This document shows, piece after piece, positions 36,259 through 49,050 of a stretch of DNA of 64,000 nucleotides (its first letter is position 1; the number at the start of each line of letters is the position of its first letter). A program made the position numbers and the translations under genes. A model generated the notes under the pieces. The model was not told the DNA's origin and ran no database searches. It saw only the letters and a program-made list of their open reading frames with translations. Origin of the DNA: Octopus sinensis (Eukaryota); contig NC_042997.1 of NCBI RefSeq assembly GCF_006345805.1, positions 153,760,001 through 153,824,000 on the forward strand. Reading direction: 5' to 3'.

Positions 36259-37030
36259 AAGCTGGCAGAATCGTTAGCATGCCGGGCGAAATGCTTAGCG
36301 GTATTTCGTCTGCCGCTACGTTCTGAGTTCAAATTCCGTTGAGGTCATCTTTGTTTTTCATCTTTTCGGGGTCGATAAATTAAGTACCAGTTACGCACTG
36401 GGGTCGATATAATCGACTTAATCCGTTTGTCTGTCCTTGTTTGTCCTCTATGTGTTTACCCCTTCGTGGGTAGTAAAGAAATAGGTATTTCGTCTGTCGT
36501 TACGTTCTGAGTTCAAATTCCGCCAAGGTCGACTTTGTCTTTCATCCTTTCGGGGTCGATAAATTAAGTACTGGTTGCGTATTGGGGTCGATCCAATCGA
36601 CTGGCTCCCTCCAAAAAAATTTCGGGCCTTGTACCTAGAGTAGAAAAGAATATTTATATTTAATTTATTCTGCTGAGGTCGACTTTATGTTTTCTCCTTT
36701 CGGGGTCGATAAAATAAATACCAGTTGAACACTGAGGTCGATGTAATCGATTTATCCCTTCCCCTGAAATTGCTGGCCTTGCACCAAAATTTGAAACCAA
36801 TATTTATATAGAATCTAAGGTGGTCAGGAGGCAGAATCGTTATCGCGCCGGACAAAACGCATAGCAGCATTCCGTTCGTCTCGGCATTCTGAGTTCAAAT
36901 TCCTCCGAAGTTGACCTTGCTTTTTATCCCTTCGGAGTCGATAAAATAAGTATCAGTTGAACACTGGAATCAATGTAATCAATTTCATCCACCCACGGAA
37001 AATTTCTGGTCTTGTGTCAAAATTTGAAGC
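36259..37030 (+). mobile_element. Cluster of tandem SINE family B units
   Basis: Four repeats of (gttctgagttcaaattcc)..gaggtc..ctttcatcctttcggggtcgataaa..agtaccagtt. The central block resembles the Deu/Nin SINE domain. Confidence 0.8.
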
Positions 37031-40000
37031 TTATATTTATATTGAATTTACCATTTATAGTGGGTGTGCAGCATTTACCTAGAACACCCAAATAACTCTG
37101 ATATTCAAAGATGATGGTGGTAGTCAACACTAACAATTACTTTTTTGTTTTACATGCAGTCCGGTAAATCCGATATACGGTTCAACGGGATACAGATTAA
37201 CATGTGCTCACCAGAAAATTTAGTGTGTCGACTGACTGACACGATTGCACTTCCTGTATTGCAAACTGGAAAAATTATTCCTGCAGAAACGATGAGAATG
37301 TAAATCATTTGTATAATTTGGTTTTCTATCCAATATTTTCATTGGCATCATCAAATATTTATGATGAAAAATACGTTTTATTTGTATTTATATCACGTTG
37401 ATCTGCATGAAGGAATTCCCTACTTTTCTGGTGGGTTCGGCACAAATGGTATTCATCAAGAGGTCGACGGTTGCGGAGAGGAAATTCCAGATGTCTGACT
37501 TTCAGGGGGGAAAAAAAAAAGAAGGAACTTGGTGATGTGGTTGGTGCAAGATCGGTGGGGGAACAATATGAGTTTAGAGGGGAAGAGAAACGCGTTAGTC
37601 TGGTGGGTCGAAAAGGGGCAGCATGGGAACAACTGGAATGAAGGAATAGAGGCCACTGTGGTAACGAGAGTCTGGGTTGTATTACTTTAGTGATCAATTT
37701 TATGACAACTAGTTATTCGTTCCATACTACGACACAAAAATCCTACAATCAGAATTTAGATAATCATAACTATTCAAAGTCACATGGTAAACCTTAGAAA
37801 AGTTTTGTTTATGTTTTACCATCCAAATTTACTTATTGAATTTTCGAAACAGGTTTTAAATATTTTCTTATTTTTTTAAAAACTATTTTCTTAAATTCAA
37901 CTGTCTCCAGATCAATGCTTAACCAGTTGGGTAATATTGGTTTCAAATTTTGGCACAAGGCCAGTAATTTCAAGGGTAAGGATAAGTTCGATTTACATCG
38001 ACTCTAGTGCTCAACTGGTACTTATTTTATTGACTTCGAAAGGACGAAAGGCAAAGTTGATCTCCGCGGTATTTGAATTCAGAATGTAAAGTCGGAAGAA
38101 ATGCTGCTAAGCATTTTTATACGGTGAGCTAACGATTCTGCCAGTTCGCCATCTTGCAGCTAAATAATATTTTTTCTACTCTAGGTACAAGGCTCGAAAT
38201 TTTTGGGGGAGCGGTGCCAGTCGATTAGCTGGTCTCCAGTACGCAACTAGTACTTAATTCATCGCCCGATGAGCTAACGTTTCTGCCTGCTCGCCGCCTT
38301 CCAGCTAAATAATATTACTAAATAATATTACCAAGCAAACCATTTCTTGGACTACATTATTATGTATGTTAACGCCTTGTTTACTGATGGCTTGATTCAG
38401 ACGTGAATCCTATACTCAAAATATAGTAAGTTGTAGTAAATGCAATTATATCAATCGATATATATACAGCTAAATATAGAAATATATCTAATAGCTATTT
38501 TTTTAGAATGTGTACATAGTGAACATTTGCTAAACTCCAATCTTTAAACCGGATATTTGATAAATTGGACAATTTCTGAGTTAAGAGAGAGATAGTTAGT
38601 GTTGACTTCCACCACTGTCTTTGAATATCAGTGCTGTTGGGTGTGTATATTCTGGTTGTGTTTGGTGCAGGCAGGGTCCCTGGAATTTTTCGAAGGGAGA
38701 GCACAAGGTCAGAAGGGAATACAATTCGAGGAGAAAATGGCGTAATAGCATTATTTAGAAGGGCGCACTTCTTTTCTTGAGCGGGGCACGTGCCCCTCAG
38801 GTGTCACTTTGCGTCCGCTCCTGTGGTGAGTGTAATTCATTCACAAAAGAAAGTAAATTTTAAGCTCAATCAATAATATAACCATAGATCATAATGAGAA
38901 GTTAATTTAAGTAATTTTTAAAAATGAAATATAGTGGCAGTTGTTCTTAGACACCACTTCCATCCTACAGCTAGTTGTCTCAGTATGTAAATGGGTGGAT
39001 ATGGCGGTCTCATGGGAAAATGACTAAAATAGAAGCACAAAGAGAGCGACATTTCGTCAGTTCTGTTTATTATTCGTTCTTTACACTCCTTACTCATTCA
39101 TTCAAACTCCTTTTCCTTGATCTTGTGTAAGGTGTATATAAAGCGTAGTTGATTTTCCAGTTATCAGATGACAATATCGGTCTTGCTGCTTTGAATTTTG
39201 GTGAGGTTTCGATTGAAATATTCCATTCATTCTTTGAGCTGAAAAGCGAAAATGTACTCTGTACCAGTAATAGTTTTATTTGCCAGGTTGGTCCTTCATT
39301 TTTTTATTGCTTTTACAAGAATGCGTTATTTTGATTACATTTTGGGACTACAACTGCGTGATGTGTGATGTCTTTTACAGAAGTGGGACCCAGTCAGTAT
39401 CTAGTTAGAGCTTAAGGGGCAAAAGAACTTCACTTTTTGGTTTCGTATAGTATTTTTAAAATTATTTCATGCTCTTTGTGAAGGTTTGATATTTCATGAG
39501 TAATGCAAAGACGTATCCTGTAAACATTCCCACGAACTTTTGCTCAACATTTTACTGGTTGGCAATGTAAATTTCTTTCAGTCCTCTCTCAGATTTATCT
39601 CGCAGTTCCGTTGACAGACGAGACACCATTTGACTTTTGAATTGTTTTTGAGGAGTCAACACCTGATTCATAAGATGTAACTTCAGGATGTTTTAAGTCA
39701 CGTTTCCTCTATCGTCCATTCCAGTCTCACACTATTGGTGCAAACACGTAAAGCTGCAAAAGTATAGCAGGATCTTATACAAGGAAAATCCGGCTTCCCT
39801 TTTGCCCATTGCACATTGCCAAGCCTGTATGTCTGTATAGTACCATTGTGTGATATATTTTCATCAATGTAAATATATTTATAATACTTACATTATTCAT
39901 TGTTTGGAAAAGGGATATAAAGAATCTGCTTATGTAGATTTTTCCAGTTTGGAAAGCAATTTTACTGTGTTGAAACCTGAGATACAAAATATTTTTATTG

Positions 40001-40860
40001 GGTAAATTCCATCACCGTATCAGTTAAACGTATAGTTAGTAAGTCTCACTTTCTCTTAGTAAATAGCTTCTATTGTTATTTAAACCTATGTCAGCTCTGG
40101 TCTAGCAAACTTATGGGCATAGGCGTTCTAACCATGATCACCCTGTTCTTGTCTTGAGCATTGAGTATGTATGTATGTATGTATGTATGTATGTATGTAT
40201 GTATGTATGTATGTATGTATGTATGTATGTATGTACTCATGCATGTATGTATGTAAGTATGTGTGCGCGCGCGTATGCATGTATCTATGTATGTATGTGT
40301 GTGTGTATGTGTGTGCATTTATATCAGTGTGTAAATATGTGTATACACATGCATTTCTGTATGTTTATCAACTGAGGTTTGCAGTCTCAGAATTGTAAAG
40401 TAGATAAAATGAAAGTTTGTGTAATTCATAAATTGCTTTGTAAGTATTAACGATGTTAATAAAACATTTATGATGAATAACAGAAACTTACCGAAGACGA
40501 ACGTTCGCACGCACATACACACACACACACCTCATATGCTTTTACAAATACATATTTGCACCTATACATACACGATATAGACTTTGTGCTAACGCAATCC
40601 TAACGGTAGTGCGATCTCATTTAATCAAAGCTTTTTATTTTCAGATCACTATGTGATATCTTATTTGTATTAAATAAGCAAAATGCTCTCTTGAAGGATT
40701 TTCTCTGGATATATTGTTGACAGAATTTTTGTGGGTCATTCTTTACCTTTATTATAGTTGGTTCTGACCCGTTCCTTCTAAATCACATTCTGTCAACTTA
40801 GGTGTATTCAGCGATTCGATACGGCTCCTATACTCGTCTTTAAGGTATATCATTGTTCCA

Positions 40861-41900
40861 ATATCGAGGATGCCGGAGATCTCAATAGCGAATGGCGAAC
40901 CTATTCATCAATGACTCACACTCAGTCATCGAAATGGCCGAAGTGACAGGGGTAGTAGCGGAGAAATAGATACTTGATTACTGGCACCCAACTATCTCGA
41001 ATCAGGATGTCTAAACGAAATCGACTCCATTAATTGTTCGTGTGCGAATTTATTTGCTACGTCATTTCCCATAACCCTGGTTGGTAGCCGGAGTCTTCTC
41101 ACTGAGGTTCGGCAGCTCGGAATTCGCCGTTCAAAATGGCATTCCCAGCCCATATCTCGTTTATTTGCTTTCAACAATGCAACCTTCCACGGAATTCTCA
41201 ATAACATATCCAAGACTAATATGGACTGCGTGTACGAGACAGAGAAGGCGCTTGGGTTTACAATGGCTCTTTTCCTACCTTGACTGCAGCTAAGCAATAT
41301 GACTGGATTAATATCAAATGTGTTTTCACCTGAATGAAGGGGCAGTCACTCATCGACCAACGCCATCACGCCACCTATCTTCGGATTGTCCCCGCAACCA
41401 AACAGTGGTATCGGTATCTGGTTCGACACGGTTCTCTCTTAGCCGACCGTTACTCTTTTCGACGATGAGTGCACACTCGTTGTAATTGCCTTGCACTTCG
41501 GTTTTTGCGAGTGTGTACTACATAAATACCAGACGGGAACTACTGTCGACAAGTTTGAACTACACCCGCTCGTTTGTCGTACATCGCAAGATGGTTCCTT
41601 TGCCACGTCACACTGAACGATATTGTAACAAAAGGTCATAAAATTGCTGGTTTCCAGTTTCAACTGGAACATGTTAGCCTCAACCACGGTGACGGTTATC
41701 ATTTCCATCTATGACGGGAAACGGAACAATACTTTTTTTTTCCATCGACGAGTGGAGAGAAGTCATTTATATGGCACACCAAATGTTATAACAATTTCTC
41801 CGCTACTACCCCTGTCACTTCGGCCATTTCGATGACTGAGTGTGAGTCATTGACGAATAGGTTCGCCATTCGCTATTGAGATCTCCGGCATCCTCGATAT
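40861..41900. mobile_element. Unclassified ~1.04-kb element with ~107-bp near-perfect terminal inverted repeats
   Basis: atatcgaggatgccggagatc...gcggagaaat (40861-40967) is mirrored at 41793-41900 with about one mismatch. The interior has no recognisable intact ORF. Confidence 0.8.
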
Positions 41901-42348
41901 ACTGACATCTATCAAATTGGGAATTAAGGATCGTACTTGAGGAAAGAATCTAATTGGTTGATGCAAGGGATATTGCAGACTGTAAATCCTGGCAACACTT
42001 TTGTTATACTAACCGCGGAGGCATAGAGGAAACAAATAATTTTTTTTTAAAGTAGGATTTGCTTATTTCAATAACTCGAAGATTCATTAAAAATCAATTG
42101 GTAAGTAGTTTTTCCACTTTGTATTAAAAGGTACAAATATTCTTATAGGGCCCAATCCAATCTCTATAATTAACTAAATATTATATATTTAGTTGATTAT
42201 ATAACTCGATCCCTTCTTCCATTGTGTAAATAGTTATTGTTCTTTAGTCCTGATTTACCTCATTTTGGAAAACAATAATAATTTAAAACAGTACAAATTA
42301 AAATATGATGCATTCTCCAATCAATCCTAGATTAATAATATTAACATT

Positions 42349-42389
<41 letters not shown>

Positions 42390-42431
42390 ACACATATATA
42401 TTAGAAGGTTTGGAGATGATGTACAGGTATT

Positions 42432-42740
42432 ATATATTAGAAGAAATGAGGTACTCAGAAATCTGGATGGTTTTATATTTACAGACATTTATTAGTATGT
42501 TACATGTTTTTATAAATCATATATCTTATATTAGCTCTTTCGTCCACTCTAGTGGAGTTGTCAAATTGAACTTTTACAGGAATTTTGTCTCTTTTTATAG
42601 TATTATTGAGAGTGTAGGGGTGGGGAGAGATATAAGATAGTACAAGAGGGTGAGGAATGGGGAGAAAGTGAGAGAGAGAGCGTGTGTGTGTGGGGGGGCG
42701 GGGTGTATCTGAAAGGATATAACACTTCCTTCAGATACAA

Positions 42741-42772
<32 letters not shown>

Positions 42773-43039
42773 ACAATACACCCCCACACGCTCTCTCTCT
42801 CACTTTCTCTCCATTCCTCACCCTCTTGTACTATCTTATATCTCTCCCCACCTCTACACACTCAATAATACAATAAAAAGAGACAAGATTCCTGTAAAAG
42901 TTCAATTTGACAACTCCACTAGAGTGGACGAAAGTGCTAATATATGATATATGATTTATAAAAACATGTAACATACTAATAAATATCTGTAAATATAAAA
43001 TCATCCAGATTTCTGAGTACCTCATTTCTTCTAATATAT
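42432..43039. mobile_element. Long inverted repeat (~260-bp arms) with a hammerhead-like motif in each arm
   Basis: Arms are highly similar reverse complements. TTGACAA-ctccac-taga-gtggac-GAAA-gtgc-TA at 42907-42939, mirrored at ~42532-42564. Embedded in (CA)/(TA) microsatellite. Confidence 0.75.
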
Positions 43040-43053
43040 TCATATATATTTAT

Positions 43054-43084
<31 letters not shown>

Positions 43085-43322
43085 ATGTTAATGTTACAGG
43101 AAACGTGATTGGTAATTATGCATTATATACTCTTTTACTCTTTTACTTGTTTCAGTCATTTGACTGCGGCCATGCTGGAGCACCGCCTTTAGTCGAGCTA
43201 ATCGACCCCGGGACTTATTCTTTGTAAGCCCAGTACTTATTCTATCGGTCTCTTTTGCCGAACCGCTAAGAGACGTATACGTTATCCCATAGAGGGTTGC
43301 ATTTACAACCCCTATCTCAATT

Positions 43323-43367
<45 letters not shown>

Positions 43368-43384
43368 TATATAATAATATATAT

Positions 43385-44460
43385 GAAAAAACAAGTCAAA
43401 AATAGAAAATGCTAAAATAATTTTATAGTGACATTTCAGTACCGGTTTCGGTCATTTTGAGACCTTTTCAACTGTAACGATTAATAATTAATTTAGAAAA
43501 TTAGAAGAAAAGTTTTTTTAAAAGAATATTTCTATAGTAGTGTTTCAGATTTAAGTGGCATTCTGCCTTTCTCTGACTCCCTTGTTTGCACTTGTGTGTC
43601 GGAGGTCGTTGTGAGTTCTTGGAAGGGCTTAGAGGAAGAAGGCTGGTGGGGAAAGGGGGATGGGAGAATCTGGGAGTGCCCTGATGGTCGTATTTTGAAT
43701 GGTCAGTGGCGGCTGGCAGTCTCAGTTCAATTCAGGAGAATATTTATATTGACAGGCTTGTTTTATAGAATTAGCGTAGGTGTTATACTAAAAAACATTA
43801 GTGACAAAGTTAAGGGGTGGGGGTGGAGAAGTAAAGAAAAGAAGAAGAAGAAGAAGAAGAAGAAGAAGAAGGAGAAGGAGAAGATGACGATGATGGTGGT
43901 GATGATGATGATGACGACGATGATGATGATAATGATGATGATGAAGAAGAAGAGGAAGAAGAAGAAGAAGAAAGAAACAGAGAAGGGGGAATATGAATGG
44001 GTGTAAGTATAGCTATGAAGGGGCTGATTAGTAATGGATTCTATGGAGTGTAATATTTGTGTGTGTATATATATTTTTCTTTTATTCTAAAGTTGAGGTA
44101 TATTAATTGCTTGTCGTAGACCCGTTTAGAAGTGGCTTGTATTTTGTAATAAAGAGATTTTCTTTACTTATTCGTTGTCTCGAGGTTGTATCGTCCCTAA
44201 ATTGGTAGAGGGGGAAAATTCTGAAGTTTGGTGTTTTTTTGTTGGCGCAAGTTCTCTATGTGTTGGCTAAAAGCTATTTTTCTGTTTTGGGCATTTTTTA
44301 TCTGGGATCTGTGCAGGGCCATTCGTTTACGCAAACCATTTTTTTTTGGCCTATGTACTGCTCTTGACACCCGGAGCAGGTTAGTGAGTATATTAGGTTC
44401 TCCGAAGCACATGTGAAGTTGCTTTTCACTGTAAAACCGTTGTCCCTGCTTGAAGGAGAT
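43385..44460 (-). mobile_element. 5'-truncated Penelope-like element (GIY-YIG end, 3' UTR, pLTR with hammerhead) within (TA)n
   Basis: Frameshifted FTVKSNFTCASENLIYSLTCSGCQEQYIGQ / LRKRMALHRSQI...FSQH / KENLFITKYKPLLN at ~44105-44450. (TA)n on both sides. Confidence 0.8.
43433..43478 (-). ncRNA. Minimal type I hammerhead ribozyme motif, U3:A8 core variant
   Basis: Minus strand guuaCAG-UUGAAAA-GGUC-ucaaaau-GACC-GAAA-CCGG-UA-CUGaaau. Helix II has 4 bp, the helix III region is palindromic (ACCGGU), the cleavage triplet is GUA, and helix I is CAG/CUG with extension. It lies downstream of a same-strand GIY-YIG fragment. Confidence 0.7.
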
Positions 44461-44482
44461 ATATATATAAATATGTATAATA

Positions 44483-44521
<39 letters not shown>

Positions 44522-44526
<5 letters not shown>

Positions 44527-44700
44527 CAAGGAAACGGGCCATAATAGGCCATTCCCCCCACTAGTGGGTGATGGCCTATTATGGCCGTTCCTTGATTGTT
44601 GATGTTGAACTTAAAAATGGTCTATGACTATTTAATTTTTTCCCACTAGGCCGCTGGTGGCAAAAAATTCTACAAAATTTTTTTTGCCACCCTATATTGA

Positions 44701-44705
<5 letters not shown>
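44522..44705. mobile_element. (TA)n-embedded foldback element
   Basis: Palindrome at 44522-44599, then a tail ending gccaccctat. (TA)n flanks. Confidence 0.6.
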
Positions 44706-44768
<63 letters not shown>

Positions 44769-46643
44769 CATATATACGACAGGCTTCTTTCAGTTTCCGT
44801 CTACCAAATCCACTCACTAGGCTTTGGTCGGCCCGAGGCTATAGCAGAACACATTTGCCCAAGATGCCACGCAGTGGGACTGAACCCGGAACCATGTGGT
44901 TGGTAAGCAAGCTACTTACCACACAGCCACTCCTGCGGTTAGCCGGTCTTTTGAAACACATGTTCATTATATAACACATGGATATCGATTGTGTTCGTTT
45001 TTTATGTACGACGTGCGGACTCCGCCATACTGATCTATCTGGAGTTATAAAGATTGTCCAACCGCGTCAGAGACAGGAATTGAGTGTGGAACCGATGTAC
45101 CGCGCCCATATTTTTTGGTAAAATGTCGTTTCTTTTGGCGCACCTTTTAAACCTTTTAAATGACGCACGCACAGGGTGGTTAATTTCGAACGAAGGAGAA
45201 GAGAGTGCTCAATATATGTTGTAGAGGACACCGTATGGTGGACGCTGCATTGTGGAAGACGCGCCCTGATTTTGGAAATATAATTCTAGGAAAAGAAATT
45301 ACACTTACAAAAAAGTCTTATTCAAGCACAGGTTAAATTAATGTTACCTGGCAAAACTGATTGGTAAAACAGCTGAGTTCTTGTGCTCAAGTTGAGCGAA
45401 ATTTGCAGACAATGGTCACGTACCAAATGGTTTACTCCCAGTTATTATTTGTAGCACACAACGCAATGTTCTTCGCTTTAACTATTCAGCGATTTTTCAG
45501 GCGATAGATCATGGTGATCGTGCCACACACGTCACTGCTGCCCACCTACTAGCTACGGGCGTCTGATAACGACAGCTGCCAATCATTCTCTGTTTATTTT
45601 CTTCCAAACGTCCTGTTTCCAAAAATTGTCATCTTCATAGCAGGGGCGTATACTCTGGGTGTGCTAGGTGTGCGCTGCACTCCCATCTTACTCATTAATT
45701 TAACCACAAATCATAATGGAAAACTTTTGTTATATCCCCTACTTGCCATTTGCTGGTGGATGTCCTGAAATAACACTGTACACCTCACAGCGCATTGTAT
45801 CATAATATGATACCTAACGTATTGTAGGATAATGGGAGAATGGCAAAAGATTAATGGCGAGGGCTGTGCGACAGCTTTGACAGAACGGTTGCATGTTCGT
45901 TTTCGTAGCGAGAAGTTGAACGTTTACATTAATTTAAAATTCTTAAACTAAAACTAATTTTTTTACAATAATTTTTTTCTTACAATATCATCATATAACT
46001 TTGACCTTAATTTGTTTTCAAAACTAATAATAAAGTGGTTCATTGTGAGATGGGGATATCGAACATTTAACGCCTCAAAGAAGAAGAATAGAACTTACAT
46101 ATAAGTAATTCAAGTTAGTAAAGTCATATGGTTTCTTATTTTTCAGTGTGTGCACATAAGAAAATTACGGCTTATTTTAGAATGCTTACAATTCATAGGG
46201 TATTATTAATTCAATTTACTTTAGTGCCATATGTCTGTATTCCAAATGAATTAAGTTTACATTATTTACATATTGGACACCGCATTTTGAATAGAAATAC
46301 ACAGTTTGTATGCCTAATTTGATCAATACTAATGTTAGTCATAGTATGACCAGTGTCGAAGCATACCCATTGACAAAAACCATCATACGCCGCTGCCTCA
46401 TAGTCACTGTATATCCCAGATGTCTTTGGTCTTTTTTTTTAAGTTTTCTTCTAAACATGATCATTTTGCCGGTTCTGTATGAAGAACACGCATCTGTTTA
46501 TTCGTTTTATTATTTTTCAATTCTTCCATCTACTTCCCCCACTGGTGAAACATCTTTTCAGTAGATGGTGATCTAAAGTTTGTCTCTGTCGGGCTTTCTC
46601 ACTCACATGTTTTGGTATTATTGTACAGCTTTACTTTTAAATG

Positions 46644-46900
46644 TGGAGGCGCGTGGCTTAGTGGTTAGGGTGTCAGCATCATGATCATAAGATTGTGGTT
46701 TCGATTCCTGGACCGGGCGATGCGTTGTGTTCTTGAGCAAAACACTTCATTTCGCGTTGCTCCAGTCCACTCAGCTGGCAAAAATGAGTAACGCTACGAT
46801 GGATTGGTGTCCCGTCCAGCTGGGGAACACATGCGCCATAGAGACCGGAGAACCGGGCCCATGAGCCTGGCTAGGCTTTAAAAAGGTGCATTTATTTATT
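46644..46900 (+). mobile_element. SINE family D, young full-length copy (tRNA head, Meta-SINE-like 3' domain)
   Basis: ggaggcgcgtggcttagtggttagg (A box), ggtttcgattcc (B box), cgatggattggtgtcccgtccag...gagaccgg, (ATTT)n tail. Confidence 0.8.
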
Positions 46901-47611
46901 ATTTTTTAAACTTTTAAATGCGATATTATACTTCAAGTTTCTTTGACGCGCTTGTCATAGACAAGGGAGATAATCTGCAGGACTGAAAATGGTTTGTTAC
47001 ATCAGTGAAGGCAGGTAACAAATAGACAAAGTTCAAGACATTCAACTGTTAAAAAGTATTCCGTTTTTTGAGACGGAAAGTCAACCTGTTGCAATTTATC
47101 AAAAGAAGACGCTGCTATACTTATATTTATATCAACAATAAGCCAATGTTTCGTAGCATAGAAAATACTAGCAAATGCTAATTAATGAAATGACTGCCAT
47201 TGCAAAGGGGGTTAACCCTCAGAAAATGAGAGCAAAGATTTCTTAGCAAATTTTCATGAAAGAGGCAAGGTAATTTTCTTTTTCTTTTACGTCGCAAAAT
47301 ATCACATACACACACACACACACACACACACCCACACACACACACACACACGCACACGCACACGCACACGCACACGCACACATACATACATACATACATA
47401 CACATACATGCATACGTATATAGATACATACACATATATACAGACAAATGCATACACTCACACATAAACACTTACATACATATATATGTGTGTGTATGTG
47501 TCTGCATTTTTTATAACTATTTATTATACATGTATGTGTGTGTGTATTAATATCTATATATCATACATGTATGCGCGCGTTTGTATATGTACGTGTATGT
47601 ATGTTTACATG

Positions 47612-47662
<51 letters not shown>

Positions 47663-47667
<5 letters not shown>

Positions 47668-47907
47668 GCTGTGTAGCAAGTAGCTTGCTTACCAACCACA
47701 TGGTCTCGGGTTCAGTCCCACTGCGTGGCACGTTGGGTAGGTGTCTTCCGCTATAGTCTCGGGCCGACCAAAGCCTCGTGAGTGGATATGGTAGACGGAA
47801 ACTGAAAGAAGCTCGTCGTATATGTGTGTGCGTGTGTTTGTTCCCCCAACATCGCTTGACAACCGATGCCTGTGTGTTTACGTCCCTGTAACTTACCGAT
47901 TCGGCAA
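47663..47907 (+). mobile_element. SINE family A, 3'-truncated
   Basis: Family head and body. Confidence 0.8.
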
Positions 47908-48844
47908 CTCACTGTTATAGCAGAATGGGCGTGTCCAAGGTTCTGTGCATAGAGATCATCTTAACTATTTTCAAACGCGCCCAAATACCCCACCCCAACA
48001 TACATATAAACTTACATACACACAAGTAGAAATTACAGACAACTGCGACCAGATAATAAATTGACATTTACAAAGATAATAATTGCTGCACTTAGTTTTT
48101 TGGTAAATGCCAAAGTAGGGTTTCAGAAAAAGAAATGAAACAGCTAACACGCACGTTACAAACACAATTTGAGAGCGGAGATGATTGTCTCCTGCTAGCG
48201 ATGTAAACGGGAGTGCTTATATGCACCACAAAACCATATGAGAGGTTCTCTCACGGTAATTGTTACGGTATTCTGTCTTCTAACACAACATCCACTTTTA
48301 AGTTGTGTTAAATATTACCTTTTGGTATTTATACTGCTTCTGATGCTCTAGTTATTGATTTTGTCATTTACATGCCAGCATTGGAGCCTTGTACCTTTGT
48401 GAAAATCCAGCTCCTTCCGTGCAGGAAAACTTCAAATAATTAAAACCAGAAAAGAACATACATATGTAGATACTAGTTTAAAAGCCCCCCGATACGGCGG
48501 TTTTAAAGCTAGTATGGAACTTTTAAGCAACTAACCCCGAATGGGAAGACCTGCAAACAGATCTCTGACTTGTTTTGGAGAATTTATTGCAATTGCTTCC
48601 TCCAGAGTCATATCCAACAATGATCATATTCGTCGCAGAAAAAAAAAAAAAACGTGTAAAAAAATCGCAGAAAACAATCGCAGCAATGAAAACGGAATCC
48701 AAAATTTCAGGATTGCAGGTCCGGATTCAGCCTGGAATGGTTTTAATTTACTCAAGGAGTCAGCCTGATTCCGAAATATTATGATATGTTGGGCTACAGC
48801 GTCTAGGAGTAAAATTGAAAAGTGTAACACACTGACACTCACAT

Positions 48845-49050
48845 TGGCAGAATCGTTAGCACATCAAGCGAAATGCTTAGCGATATTTCGTCCGCCGTTA
48901 GGTTTTGAGTTCATATTCCGCTGAGGTCGACTTTGTCTTTCATCCTTTCGGGGTCGATGAAATTAGTACCAGTTGCGTACTGGTACCGATGTAATCAACT
49001 TAATCCCTTCCCCCCAAAATTTGAGGCCTTGTGCCTCCAGAAGAAAGGAT
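48845..49050 (+). mobile_element. SINE family B
   Basis: tggcagaatcgttagcac...catcctttcggggtcgat... Confidence 0.8.

Larger units (their letters stand above)
43128..44937 (-). mobile_element. SINE family A split by insertions into its internal (TA)n
   Basis: Tail half at 43128-43275 and head half at 44775-44937. Confidence 0.7.

Noticed and set aside
41300-41710. piggyBac C-terminal similarity inside the long-TIR element
   Set aside because: Only faint, frame-hopping resemblance, with no TTAA TSD or CCC termini.
43596-44006. 136-aa ORF with poly-Lys/Met
   Set aside because: Antisense of the PLE 3' UTR with (AAG)n/(ATG)n microsatellites.
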